Assembly (NCBI GenBank): GCA_964252035.1
Contig: OZ176201.1
Reading direction: 5' to 3' (one strand)
DNA length: 64,000 bases
Source of the DNA: Podarcis erhardii
Taxonomy: Eukaryota
The position numbers and the translations under genes were made by a program. The notes under the pieces are model-generated. The model was not told the origin of the DNA. It saw only the letters and a list, made by a program, of their open reading frames with translations, and did no database searches. Position 1 is the first letter of the stretch. Each line of letters opens with the position of its first letter. This document shows, one piece after another, positions 24,536 through 37,244 of the stretch.

Positions 24536-25984
24536 TTAGAAATCTCACTATGTTCAATGAGATTCTTAAGTAAGCATGCACTAGAGTGCAGCTGTAGAAT
24601 AGCACAGGTCTGGGCCAGGCCAGCATTTTCAAGCCCATCAGGGGCAAAGATGAAAATGTTAAATATGCAGTGTGGAAATATAATAAGCAGGGGAATGAAC
24701 ATAAGCCATTTCACTCTCGCACCATTTGGATCTAACTAAACCCCTGTGTAAGGCAGAGATTGGACAGCGGCAAAGCCATATTATCATAGCTGCTACTTAC
24801 CTGGGTGTGGAGAAACAACATATACCACACCAGATCTTGCATTGAAACATCTGCCCCAAAGAGGCAATCTGCTTTTAAGCAACTGAACAGTAGCAAACCT
24901 CTTCAGCAGCAGTAGCTGTTGTGGTGTTTGCCAGATTCCATGTCTACATTACATCTCACTTCTGCTGTGTGCATTCTGTAGACAATGGACCAATGATCAG
25001 CAGTTTTGCCATAATTCATGCAGATGATGAGTTCTGTTGTGAAGCTGGAAGAAAGCAGCTGGATAGTCTTACATTACATTGGTCCTCACCCTGCATAGTT
25101 TGTTCTGTTTACAGTCAAATTACAGAATTTGGGTTTCTAGGCTATAGGATTTTTGAGATGGAGCAAATAGTGTAATGTGGTCAGAGAGGAGTCTTGAAAG
25201 ACCATACCTCCTCCTCCAGGGTTAGAAAACTGGCATCTTGTGAGCAGACTAGACCACTTGCACTAACGATTCTTGTAACAGGCAAGCTAGCTGTACTGGC
25301 AGCTTCTCTAGCTCTTGGTTTCTTGGTTCACTGAGAGCAAGTGCCTCTGCTCACAAGCAATATAGCCTGGTTCTCTAATCTCCAGAGGACACCACACAGC
25401 ATAAACCTTAGGTTGAGAGAATGCATTTCTGTTTATTTTCCTTTGATGTACTATATATACAACTACTGCAATAAAGCCAGTTTTGTTTAAGCCAGTACAA
25501 AGCCTGACTTGTGAGGGTTCACGAGGGTGGCAGTATTCCATGCCAAAGTCTCTCCAAGTGAAAGATGAACATATTTTCCCATTCCCTTACTACAGCTCTT
25601 GTGACCCACAGTTCTTCCTACTAGTTTTTCCAGCAGAATTCCCTACTGGTGTTTCCATACACTTCCAAGGAATCATGATTCCAAGGTTTGTGGTGCATTT
25701 CCTTCAAATCAACCCTTTATCGTACACGTTTCCTAGGTTTATTTTTAGCACGAATCCTGTCTGTGTTTTTCCCAAGAATATCACGTTAAATTAAAAACAG
25801 GCCTCCGTTTGCCCCCAAGCTTAGCTCTTGTATTTGGAGGGGCGAGGATCGCTTGGAGTATAGAATGTTAAGGTTAGTGGAAGTTGAATCAGGTGTGGAA
25901 TGGCCGTTGGGGTGTGTGTTTTTTGAAGGTGACAACTGAGGATTAGCTGAGCGGGAAAAGCCTGATGCCGGCATTTGTCAGGAT

Positions 25985-26049
25985 GTTGTTGTTTAGTCGT
26001 TGAGTCATGTCCAACTCTTCATGACCCTATGGACCAGAGCACGCCAGGA
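25985..26049 (-). mobile_element. Very short Bov-B 3'-end fragment
   Basis: gttgttgtttagtcgttgagtcatgtccaactcttcatgaccctatggaccagagcacgccagg matches the 3' end of the Bov-B copy at 15168. Confidence 0.85.
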
Positions 26050-28659
26050 TACATGCAGGTAAAAATGGTGAGGGGGCACACCCTAACATCTCCACACAAG
26101 CTGGCTTCAGATTCTATTATCAGGAACTCTGTCTTATCAAGAGTTCCTGATTGCAAAAGGAACTAGGCACACACACACATCCTGATGTGCTTAGAACCCC
26201 CCTTCAGAACTTCCTTCTTAGCATGGAAAGATCTGAAGTGGAATTGGCGCATGCAGGCTAATGCATTTAGGAGATTACGCATGAGTTTGGCACCCATTCA
26301 TTTCAGTTTATTGCAAATTTGTTTTCACTGTTGCTCAAATAAACTTTCAGTTTTATCCAGCAGTTATCCTGATATTGCAAGGCTCTCCGTCTGTTTGATA
26401 GGACTCCCTTTCCTCTCTCCTTGTCCCCCCCCCACCAAATCTGCTCCAGAGGGTTGGGGAACCCCAGAACATATGTGAGGGGTGTTGGGGAGCATGCAGG
26501 AAGAGGAGAAGAAGTCTCATTGTGCAGGCAGATGTCCTTGTGCTTGTGGGGCAACTTTGTTGGATATTGTGTTATTAACATTGGGTAAATTCCAATGTAT
26601 CCTCTATTCTGCCCTCCATCAGAATTAAGCCTATTTTAACAACCAGCTGAGGTGCTAGGTACTTATTGCTGAGTGGTAAGTAACCAAAGCATGACATACA
26701 TTTCATACAACCCATAATAGAACCATGTGAGGTGGTGAACATGACCATTGGAACTAAGTGGCCCAATTGTCCTCATAATTTTGACAATATCGAAAGGACA
26801 GACAAAGAGTAGTAATGTGAAGGAGCATGTTTGTTTTAAACAAATGGTATCTGGGGTTAATAGCAACCATATAGTACAACCCTAATCATGTATTCTCAGA
26901 AGCCAGTCCTATTGAATTCAACAGGGCTTACTCCCATATGTTGGGTTAGGATTTTAGCCATCATGCTGGTCCTTCAGAAATCTACACATTTCTGGCCAAA
27001 ATACCATGAAATGCACCTATGAGGTATTACTACTGAAGATTCATACCCCAACCCCATCAGTCATTTACAGACACCGTTTTTTGTGCCAGTCTTACTGCTT
27101 CAAGGATGACTCATAACGCTTGCCAATAATGTGCGCATTGGTCCCATATCTGACAGAGGATTGTGTGTGGTCCAGTCTGGGGTTGTTTTTTTAGCCAGAA
27201 CTTGCCCAACTCAGTTCTGGCATCTCTCAGGTGGGGCCATTGCCATTCTAAGAGACCGAGGGAGGTGTTCATGCTGAATTCCGGCACCTCTTTTTCTAGA
27301 AAAATAGCACTGGGTTCAGGTATTCAACCATTGTTTATAAATGCTGTCCCTTTCTTTTTGTTGAAGAGAGACTACCTTTTTCTGGTCTTATGGAGCTCTG
27401 GACTAGACAAGAGAGTGGCTGCTCAAGAGCAAGGTGCTTGGACATTGTGGTGGCTGCCAGCCTTTTGTGTTGAGATCCATAAACCTTCACCACCCTGTTG
27501 ATAGATCCCATGCCTCAGGGGTTGGCTGTTGCCCAGGCAGACACGTCTGGCATCTGTTATGTTTGAGGGAGGGAAGGAAGGAAGAACCCTGGATCCATTC
27601 CAAAGGAAAAACCCTGTACACTGCTTCCTTTCCCTGTCATTCAGGCTGCTTCACTCATATGAAAGAAACAGGGCCTACTGCACCAGATTGGTCTCCTTGT
27701 GATGGAATTATAACAATTCTGAATGTGTTCCGTTCTTCTTCCTGGCAAAAAGGCAATGAACAGGAGGTTCGTCCTGTGGCTGCACAGGATTATCACTCTG
27801 TTTCCAGAAATCCACACTGGCTACTTGTTCTTGGAGTCTGTATTGTTTCCCTTTCTCTACATATCTGAGTATCCCTGCTTCGGACACTTTACCCTGAGCT
27901 CCTATAGAAAATGACAAAAATTGTTGGCAGGTCAAGGACCTAAGACTGGCCCCATGGTGTGGATTATTCCATTATTCCTTGTAATGATTGAGAGAGAAAA
28001 AGATGCATTGAAAGAAACTCACCTAAACTCACACCGGAAGTCTGTGACCGAGCCTGATAAGACCTCAGGAATCCTCTTCACCATGCAATGCACCACATTG
28101 CAATCTTGATGATTAAAATGGCCTGGAACTTAGCCAAAACTGTAGAGGGACCAAAGCTCAGTGGCAGAACACATGGTTTTCATGAAGAAGGTTCCAGGTT
28201 CAATCCCTGGCATCTTCAGCTAGAAGGAGCAGACTTTGCTGGAGTCCCTGCAGAGCTGTTACCAGTCAAAGTGGCCAATAGTGACATAGATGGATAAATA
28301 GTTTTATTTAGTTTTATTTAGTGTAAGGCAGATTCCTGCATTGCTTAAAACTCTCCCCCGCCCTCATCTGAAGCTATAAGGTTGCCATGCATCTTTCTGC
28401 AATGTACCTGCTCTCTGCTTCTGGTACACAGAATTGTGGATTACATGGGGGTGGTCATATTTTTGTTTCCTTCCAATCCCATGGTTCCATAAACAAATTT
28501 ACTTGCCAAATACCACTGTCCAGGACTTTGCCCTGACACTGAGGTCTTCAAGCAAGTCACAACTACTTTTTTTTAATAGGTTCCCCCTAGAAGATATTAG
28601 CAACCCCTTGTTCCAAATTTAGGTGCTAGGCAAAAACAGGGTAGCTTTCCCCACTTGAA

Positions 28660-28930
28660 GCTATATCAGTGGGAGGAAAGAAGATGAGAGGGGGCTGGGT
28701 GACATATAAGGATTTATTAAAAGAAAAAGACTGTGAACTTATATTAAAGAAGAGGTTTGAAGAGTTAGGTCAACAAATAACAGAGTGGTTACAATATTTT
28801 CAACTCAATGAAGTCTTTAAGGAAGATAAAAAGGATCGGGTTTTCCATATCAAACCTCGCAATTTGAGAATTACTAGGGAATAACAACAAAGTAAGTTCC
28901 AGAATGCATAAATTGTTATTAGAATGGGAA
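28660..28930 (+). mobile_element. L1-like LINE ORF2 fragment
   Basis: Purine/A-rich coding-like segment TYKDLLKEKDCELILKKRFEELGQQITEWLQYFQLNEVFKED, resembling the post-RT region of squamate L1 ORF2 (W.QY.Q motif). Confidence 0.55.
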
Positions 28931-30084
28931 ATGAAAGACGAGCAGGTGATGATTCACAGGGCAGCTCCTCATTCCTGATGTAGAAGGTTAGCTATAGCAT
29001 GGATATATAAAGCTGTTGCCTTACACAGAGTCCTGCTATTACTCCTAGTGCTAGCTCACTGGGATCTTGGCAGAGATCTTTCCTTGTCTGTTTAACAGGG
29101 AATGCTGGGGCTTGATCCAGAGGTCTTCTACATGCAACACATAGGCTCTGTTGCTGAGCTACAGCTGCTGCCCTTGCTGCAACTGACAAATCTGTCTTTA
29201 AAATATATTAGATGATCCACTTAGGACAGAGCAGCACAAGGAATCAGGTAGATCTGGCAGTGACACACTGAATGAAGACAAACTACAGCCAGTGCAGCCC
29301 TTTATAAGACATTTAAGAAATGATTACATGGAACCACATGACTTACCAAGAGTGTCTTGACATGTTTACACTCTCTTTCATACTAGGCATTGCTTTATTC
29401 TCTACTCTACACAAATGTGATAAGGAAGCCTGTCTAGGGTGTCTCAAGCCCTTCTGTGATTTTCACTCTTCCAAACAGTATATAATTCACCTGCTGTCTA
29501 TCAAGCTGCTAACACAGCCGGAAAAGACATTAACTATGTATTAATTCTTGAAATCCACAGGGAAACATCAACATTTCTAGTATGTACTAAATGAAGCTGC
29601 GAGGATTAAGCTGTGGAGTTGGGAAGGAAAAAGGAAGGGCTGTTTATGGGGAAATGAAAGTTTGAGCAAAGATTTGAACTGTTGAGCATCACGTCTGTTC
29701 AGTAGTATTAGTTTTCAGAACTAATATATAAATTAAGAATAAGGAGCTGGAGGTCTTCTCAGCTGAAGCTGATGGCAGTTGGGGTCCAGCAATATCTAGA
29801 AGGCCACAGGTTCCCACTCCTGGTATAAAACTGTATATATGCTATGCAGATAGAACACAAAACAACTCAACAGTGGTATGTTTGGTAAGGCTCTGGATCC
29901 TCAGTAATTACGTATGGCTCAGTCCAAAAATCCTCTGCAAAAAAGCTCTGCGCATTCACATCTGCCTCAGGATAGAGCTATGCATTTTCCCTAACTATTA
30001 TTTGGAGAGCTGGTCTTGGAGGACAGACCTAGCCAATGATCAGGGATTATGGGAGTTGTAGTCAGTCCAGCAATATGTGGAAGG

Positions 30085-30678
30085 CATAGCTGTCAAGTGT
30101 CCCTTATTTGAAGGGACAGTCCCTTATTCCAGCGCCATGTCCCGCTGCTGTCCCTTATTGATGGATGTCCCTTAAATGATGTCCCTTAAATTTCAAAGGA
30201 AGCAGCTCCTCTCCCTCCCTCCCTGCTGGCCAGGGAGGAGGGAGGCTCCAACTGTGTTGCTTGGCTGTGTTGCTCACCCAATAAGAAGTCTAAGAACAAC
30301 TGGGGGTGGAGCTTGCATGCCTTGTGTGTGGCTAGTTAATGCAAGCTGAGGGGTTTTTTGAATGCTGGACACCATTTTGTTGCATGTGCTGCTGCAAACT
30401 TTGCAGTGCAAAGCCAGGCCGGGGAGCCATCTTAAGTTGAGGCTGCATAGGCCTTGTGGTGCATGTGAGTCAGATTCTATTCAGTTGAACCTCTGGTTAC
30501 AAAGTTGGTTGGACAGTGTTCTCGAAGCTACCAGCATGAGTTTGACCAGACTGTAGGAGGACAGGAAGACTGGAGTGCCTGGAACAGGTGAGGCTGCAGG
30601 TCCCTTATTTTGGCTGCCGGTCCCTTATTTTCAAGGCTGCTGGTCCCTTATTTTCAAATCTGTAAGTTGACAGCTATG
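30085..30678. mobile_element. Non-autonomous hAT element (594 bp), TSD GTGGAAGG, nested in an older MITE
   Basis: TIRs CATAGCTGTCAA / TTGACAGCTATG, 8-bp TSD at 30077-30084 and 30679-30686, and repeated subterminal gtcccttatt motifs. The flanks rejoin as a ggagttgtagtc...ggaagg|ccagagatt MITE. Confidence 0.9.
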
Positions 30679-33600
30679 GTGGAAGGCCAGAGATTCTCCT
30701 TTCCTTAGGGAGCTACATACAACAAGGCTATGGACAGGCCCATGCAGAGGTGGGAGGCAGCTGGGTACACTTGTCGTGGGCCTTGGAAGGCTAAGCTGGC
30801 TAAGGGGCCCTGCCAGGAGCCTGCTGGACTTATACTGTCATGCCAAGAAGGCGCCAAGCCTCCCAGGCTATGGATATTCTCCTTTAAGGCAATTGGCTGC
30901 TTTGCAACAGCATAAAGAAAGTTCAGTTTCTTCCTCTCTCTCTCTCTTTTTTAATGTGCATCCTTCAGCAGCTGATTGTGTGCAATCAAATATAGCTCTA
31001 CTCAGAAACTCAAGGAACCACCCAATAACCTTGAGAGGAGGAAGTACCTACGTAAGCAAATCTCTGAAAGCATGCTCCACCACAGGTCAACAATGTGCAA
31101 AGAAACAGATAGTTAAAGATTGTAACAGGGAGTGCTGCTGCTAAGAACAGAACTTTACTCTGGAATGTAATGGATGGAACGATCTTTCCTAACCACGGTT
31201 TGTCTGAGTTTCCATGCAGATCAATAACTTATAATGGGGGTGGCTGTGATTCCCTGCTGCCTCCAGTTGCATTTCACCATTAGTTGCCCAACCTTCCGCC
31301 TTTTGCTGTTTTCACTTTCTCTCTGTTTTTAAGGTCTTTATTAATCTTTACATACTCATTCTTTTTTTAAAAAGTTGTAATTGATTACCATATAACTTCA
31401 TCAAGCCTTGCTGCAGCAACCCTACTCATTCCCGCTTTCGGGTGCTGCATGAGGGGTGGCCATTTAGAAATCACCAGAAAACAAGACAAAAGAGGTGGCG
31501 ATTTGCATAAAATTTGTATAGATGCAAATTTAGAAATAATTGCTATAAATTAAATATAACACAATATATCTGATCATAGTGGGGAAGGCTGTGAGGAAGA
31601 CCTGTGTGCCTGATTAGTCTGCTGTCTGAGGCGCTTGATGGGGAATTTCATGTCCCCTGGTGCTCTTGCTTCTTAGGGTTCTTGGACTGGACAGCACTTC
31701 AAATAGAGGACACTATTCCACAGAGGACTGCCCTCTGTCTTGTCCTTCAAATAGTGGACTGTCCTTTGTAAAGGAGGACACATGGCCACCCTAGGCTATA
31801 GTAGTGCTATAGTGAGTAGATACTAACAGCAATCAAGAAATCAAAGCAAACATCTATAGTGATCAAGAGGTTAAAAGTCTCTAGTCTAGAGGATTCCCAG
31901 AGGCATCTGGTTAGCTACTGTGAGAACAGGATGCTATTGGCCTGATCCAACAGGCTCTTTTCTATGTCCTTATGTTATTTTAGTTGGGGGCTGAATGAAG
32001 GATTGCTGTACCAGTGGTAAAAACTTCTCTTAGCAAAGGATTCCTGTACAAAAAAGAAAAGAAAAGAAAGAAAGGTGCCTGGCCTTTACTCTAATTCCTT
32101 CCTCTCTTCCGAGCCAGATTTCATGATGGGGCCGGGGATTGCCTGCAGCACAATATTTACCAGTATGTGGCATCAGCTCTGAAGTGCCCTTGACAGAAGC
32201 AAATAAAGCTTGCATTAATGGACCCCTGGAATACGTTCAGAGCTGGCACTCTTGGCACAAAAGTAAATTACAGAATAATTTTGCCTCATTCCTGGATGGG
32301 ATTCAAGTACTGCACGGAAGAGAAAACAGCATAAAGCCTGCTCAGGAAAACCTATAATGTAGAAGAAGGATTTTTATTCTGTTGTGCTGGGAATCCTATC
32401 CCACTTCCCCAACCTCCCAAATAATCACTGTCCTCAATTGCCAGAGGGACCAAGGAGTTTTGTTGGAATGAAACACAATACAAATCACTGCCAAGATGCA
32501 GCAGCAGAAAGGCAAATTTTGCCCTATGCTGGGTCCTGAGAGAAATGGAATTCCTGCCTAGGCCCGGCCCTCTGAAGAGGCAAGGTGAGGCATCTGCCTC
32601 GAGCAGCAGAAGCCCAAGAAGCAGCACCCACATTGCCTCTGCTGCACCTTCCCGCTCCCTGCTACATCTGCTGCCAGTGGAAAAGTGGCACTGGTTTCTG
32701 ATGAGATCTTGCCAGAAGCTGGCACCGCTGCTGGTGCTTTGTGGGCGCTGCTGCATCATGCAGGTAAGAGAGCTGTGGCGCCAGTGGTGGGGGAGCAGGA
32801 GCAGCAAAATGGGATGTGCTGTTCCTGTTTCTGCCCTTAGTTACCATATTCTTACAGTATTGGAAGGCCATGATGAATTTGTGAATATTCCCTTTATCTA
32901 ATCCTTCCCAAACCTCCCCACCACACTCTCTGGCCTGCTGCTGTATGAACACAGAAACAACCCTCTTCAGAATAGCTGGCTGGTGGTAGCAAAGGCTGTG
33001 TGAAATCAGGAAAGGGACTCATGTTTTCCCCTCCTTTTACATGCTCTCTGTTCCCTGTGTTTGTTCCACATGCCAACACGATTCCTCAGGCCCAGGAAGA
33101 GGTATGCTGTCTCTAGCAGGATTTTAGCTGCTTCGTTCCCTTGGGAGAAGGATGATGCTTTCTCACTGTCCTGTCAACACAACAGGGGCACAGGAGAAAG
33201 TGTTTGCACAAGCTTCTTGTTAAGCAATGTATAAGCCTCTTTCGTTGCAAATTGTCTCACAGACCCAACAGAAACAAAACAGTCTTGGTTAGCTCCTCTG
33301 AGTGGACGCTGAAGGAAGGGAAGGATTGAAATACAGATTTTTGGGTTGGTGGTGCCCAGGCTATCGCTTTACTATAATATTAGAAGACCAAACCAAATAT
33401 TAACTAGCATTAACCAGCCCTCCGCAGAATGGACGTTGAAGGTAGGGGGAATGTTTTTGTGGCTGTGCATGATATTGGGCTGGCAATATCCTTGAGCACA
33501 GATAGTAGCGCTTTGTGTTTCAAGATAGGCAAGTGAACTGGCAGTACCTATCAGCTCAGGGCACATAAATACCTAGACCTTAAAAAAACAACAACACAAA

Positions 33601-35641
33601 GATCCTCTGGGACAAAGCAGTAAAGAAGAATATCAAACACAAAGGGCCCCAAGAGGAGTCAGGCCCATTCCTACCATTAGGAAGAGGGAGATGACTGCCT
33701 CAGGCAGCTCTTTTGGTTGTCATGAAAAGGCAGCAAAATGTGAGGTGTTTAAATGATTATTATTGTATTTTTACTCCCAGGGAGAAGTGCTTGTGAGCTT
33801 TTCTACTTCGGGTGCCACAATAACTTGGCCAGCCGTGTATACTATGCCGTGTGCCTTAGGGAGGGAAGCCCCATTTGTTAATCTACCTCAGGCAGCAAAG
33901 TTTCTTGAGTCTTTTCAGAGAGGAACCAGTTCCACATTGAGGTCCCTGGGATGGCTGGGGAGGGGGGCATTTGAAAAGTGCTGAAGATCAGTATTATTGC
34001 TAATCCAATAAAGCAGGGGTCAGCAACATGGCACATGCAGGTGTACGTGTGTCCAACGGTACCTGCTATGGTGCCCGTGAAAGTCTTAGTAAACATTCCA
34101 TGAAAAATCCACAGTGTATGAGAAACTGTTTTCCTACTCAGCTCCTGTTTGCACTGGCTCAGTTTCTCCTACATTAAACATGCCCTCTTCAACATGCCCA
34201 CATTTGACTGGATGCCAGGACTGAATACCCACCCATGCATCTGTTCTGAAGCATGAGGTGAAAAGAGCTTCTCTCTGTGAGTGAACATGGCTGGTGTAGG
34301 TGCCTTCCCCCACTGATGTCTGCACTTAGGGTTGCCATATTTCAAGAAGTGAAAATCTGGGCACAAAAGTTGAGCTTTTCTTTGCAAAATCTTGAGGGGG
34401 GAATTTAGTTTGTAAGCTATTTTTTAAGGAGATTCACCAAAATCTACACTTCCAACGTGGGCTGCCATACATCTGGATTCACCCACACATTTTAAAAGCA
34501 ATTCTGCCCTGTTTCTGATGGCCAAATCTCAGCTGTGTCTGATGTATGGCGGCCCCACATTCACTAGTTAGTGTTCCTGTTCCTGCCTCTTTTTCTGTTC
34601 TTTTATAAGTGGCAGCCATTTTGTGTTATGTCATGGCAGCCATTTTGTGACTGCCACCCAACATTCCAAAAGTACCCACTGGCCCCAAACAGTTGGCAAA
34701 CCCTGTACTAGAAGGAAGCATTAGGTCTTCTCTGCTAGCAAACAATGAAATTGTTCAATAGAGAGCTTGTTTTATCTGCATGTAGTGAAAAGAGGGTTAG
34801 GTTAATATTATTTTATTCATGTTGTGAGAAGCAGAACAGGCAAAACTGAGAGCTCCCAATCTATAACCCACCTCTTTCCCCTGATTCTCCTTCACATTAC
34901 TGAACAAAAACACACAAAATATTTTATTGGCACGACAAGATTATCCCTGAACAGGCGCCAAAATATAAAGGGTATAAAGGAATGAGCTGCTCTGGTTTCT
35001 TTCAAATCTTGACCTACTGCTGTTGGAATACAACAATATGAGGTTTCAAGTTACATCAAACCCTTCATTTTTCAGGTGTCACAGTAAATAATTACACTGT
35101 GCTGCAGCTATGTAACCATACACGTTTAATCATCCGTGCATCCACACATTTAGCAAAAATTCACTGCAGTCTATGTACAAAACCACAGTGCTTGATTACT
35201 AGGGAAGATACAAAATATCTGCAAATATTTCCACACATAAGTACATCCTTAGAGCAAACAGTTCGGAAAAAGTTAAACATCGGGTGCTTGCCATTGTTTT
35301 AATGATTCATGAAGCTAAGAATCTCTTGTTAATCCACTGTTGTTTAAATCTGGTCCTGAATTTCAGTTCTTAGGACTTGTGTTGAATATAACTGCGAACG
35401 TTTGCATATACTGATACCTTTAGCTGAAACACCCAAAATACATTGCAGTATCTTATCCTCTCTCTCACTTTCTAGTCTGTACCCCGTAAGGAAATTGGCA
35501 GGTTGTTCCTAGTCTTGTAGAAACAGGGGCAGGGAGTCAACTCTTAACTGCTGAAGGGATCCATGGGTGAGGATGCAGAACTCTCCCCCTACTTGCCACT
35601 TTCCTCCTGTCAGCACTGGATGTCAACTGAGGATAAAAGTG

Positions 35642-35642
<1 letters not shown>

Positions 35643-35690
<48 letters not shown>
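35643..35690. repeat. (TG)24 microsatellite followed by degenerate (GT/GCGT)n
   Basis: Read directly from the sequence. Confidence 0.97.
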
Positions 35691-35692
<2 letters not shown>

Positions 35693-35726
35693 AGTGCTGT
35701 GTGTGCGTGTGCGTGCGTGCGTACGT

Positions 35727-35882
35727 TAAGGTTGTCATATTCCTAAAAAGGGGGTGGGGATTCCCAAAGTTGTTGAACTTTTTTTTGCAAAATCTCAGAA
35801 AAACTCAATTTCTGCCCGGATGCTGTTTACAAGGGCTGAATACCAGCTATGTCTGGGAAATTCCAGACATATGGCAACCCTA
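35727..35882. mobile_element. Degenerate MITE with TAGGGTTGCCATAT-type TIRs
   Basis: Left TAAGGTTGTCATAT versus the reverse complement of the right end TAGGGTTGCCATAT (12/14). No clear TSD. Confidence 0.55.
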
Positions 35883-36630
35883 GTTTGTGCAAATTCTGAA
35901 TCTATAAACTGTGGGCTGACTGCTACTAACAATGGGCTCCTCTTACTATAAACATGGAAATTTGCTATAATCAGGCCTAGTTTATCTATTACTGTAGAAC
36001 TGGGAATATAGGGACAAAATTTGTGTGTGTGTGCTCAAGTTTCCCAAACTTCTGAGTTTATTTAAAGTCGTCATTAACACAACCCAAATTCTTAGGAATG
36101 TAAATTAAATAAAGTCAAGAAACAGGAATATATAATCTACATTTATTAATTAACAACCACCATTCCTAGGAACCGTAACATGTAAAAAGCAAGGAAGTAA
36201 ACCAAGAGAAAATAATATTGATACCATACGCATCTATACATGTCCATACCTTTTATTTCTAAGGTTCCTAGTTCCTAGTTGTTGGCGTGTGTTTTTGCAC
36301 TATACCTTGTAAATTTATTTTCCACCCAAGGCCTGCTTTGATTCCCAAGTCTTTATTCACTCCCTGCACAGTCCCATCAATCCCAATGGGTCAGTATTGA
36401 CCACTTTGGAAACCAGCTGGTTTCTGCATGCATGGTCACCCCTGGAAGATTGCAGCATCAGGTGGTGACTTGCCTAATACCACAGTTAGAACTTTATTTT
36501 CACCTTATATCACACTTTGCCTTTCAGCAGAGTAACTTCATACAAGCAGCTGTGTTATCTAATCTTGAGTAATTAAGTTAAATACATGTAAGCAGTGCTT
36601 ACGGATGTGCTATGGATATACCAGTGAGCA

Positions 36631-36678
<48 letters not shown>
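36631..36678. repeat. Compound (TC)n(AC)n microsatellite
   Basis: Read directly from the sequence. Confidence 0.95.
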
Positions 36679-36893
36679 GTATGTGTGAATGAGCCCTGTG
36701 TAAGAGATGTCTTAAGAGGGAGTGGGTAATACAGTTTGTTGTGCCTGCTCTATTGCACTTGCTTTCGGTATCAGAGAAGTCACCATGTTTGATGAACAGT
36801 GAAAAGAGGCAATAATATATGCGTCGTAAGAAAGGCATGGTAATAGAAGTCACCTGTGGTTAGCAGGAATTTCTTCAAGGTACCTAGCCCAAA

Positions 36894-37244
36894 GGGACGC
36901 GGGTGGCGCTGTGGGTTAAACCACAGAGCCTAGGACTGGCTGACCAGAAGGTCGGCGATTCGAATCCCTGCAACGAAGTGAGGTCCCATTCCTTGGTCCC
37001 TGCTCCTGCCCACCTAGCAGTTTGAAAGCACGTCAAAGTGCAAGAAGATAAATAGGTACCACTCCGGCGGGAAGGTAAGCGGTGTTTCCGTGCGCTGCTC
37101 TGGTTTGCCAGAATCGGCTTAGTCATGCTGGCCACATGACCCGGAAGCTGTATGCCGGCTCCCTCAGCCAATAAAGCGAGATGAGCGCCACAACCCCAGA
37201 GTCAGTCACGACTGGACCTAATGGTCAGGGGTCCCTTTACCTTT
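36894..37244 (+). mobile_element. Full-length Sauria SINE (Squam1) with 13-bp TSD
   Basis: 5' GGGACGCGGGTGGCGCTGTGGGTTAAACC tRNA-like head, B-box-like GATTCGAATCC and an (ACCTTT)-type tail. TACCTAGCCCAAA is duplicated at 36881-36893 and 37245-37257. Confidence 0.93.

Noticed and set aside
25170-25545. Possible solo LTR (AATAAA followed by a U5-like segment)
   Set aside because: I could not identify TG...CA termini with a target-site duplication.
32545-32901. GC-rich 118-aa ORF with a strong internal donor (CAG|gtaaga)
   Set aside because: It begins in a MITE-like ggcccggccct...aggtgaggc sequence, has no recognisable protein similarity, and no acceptor partner was found.
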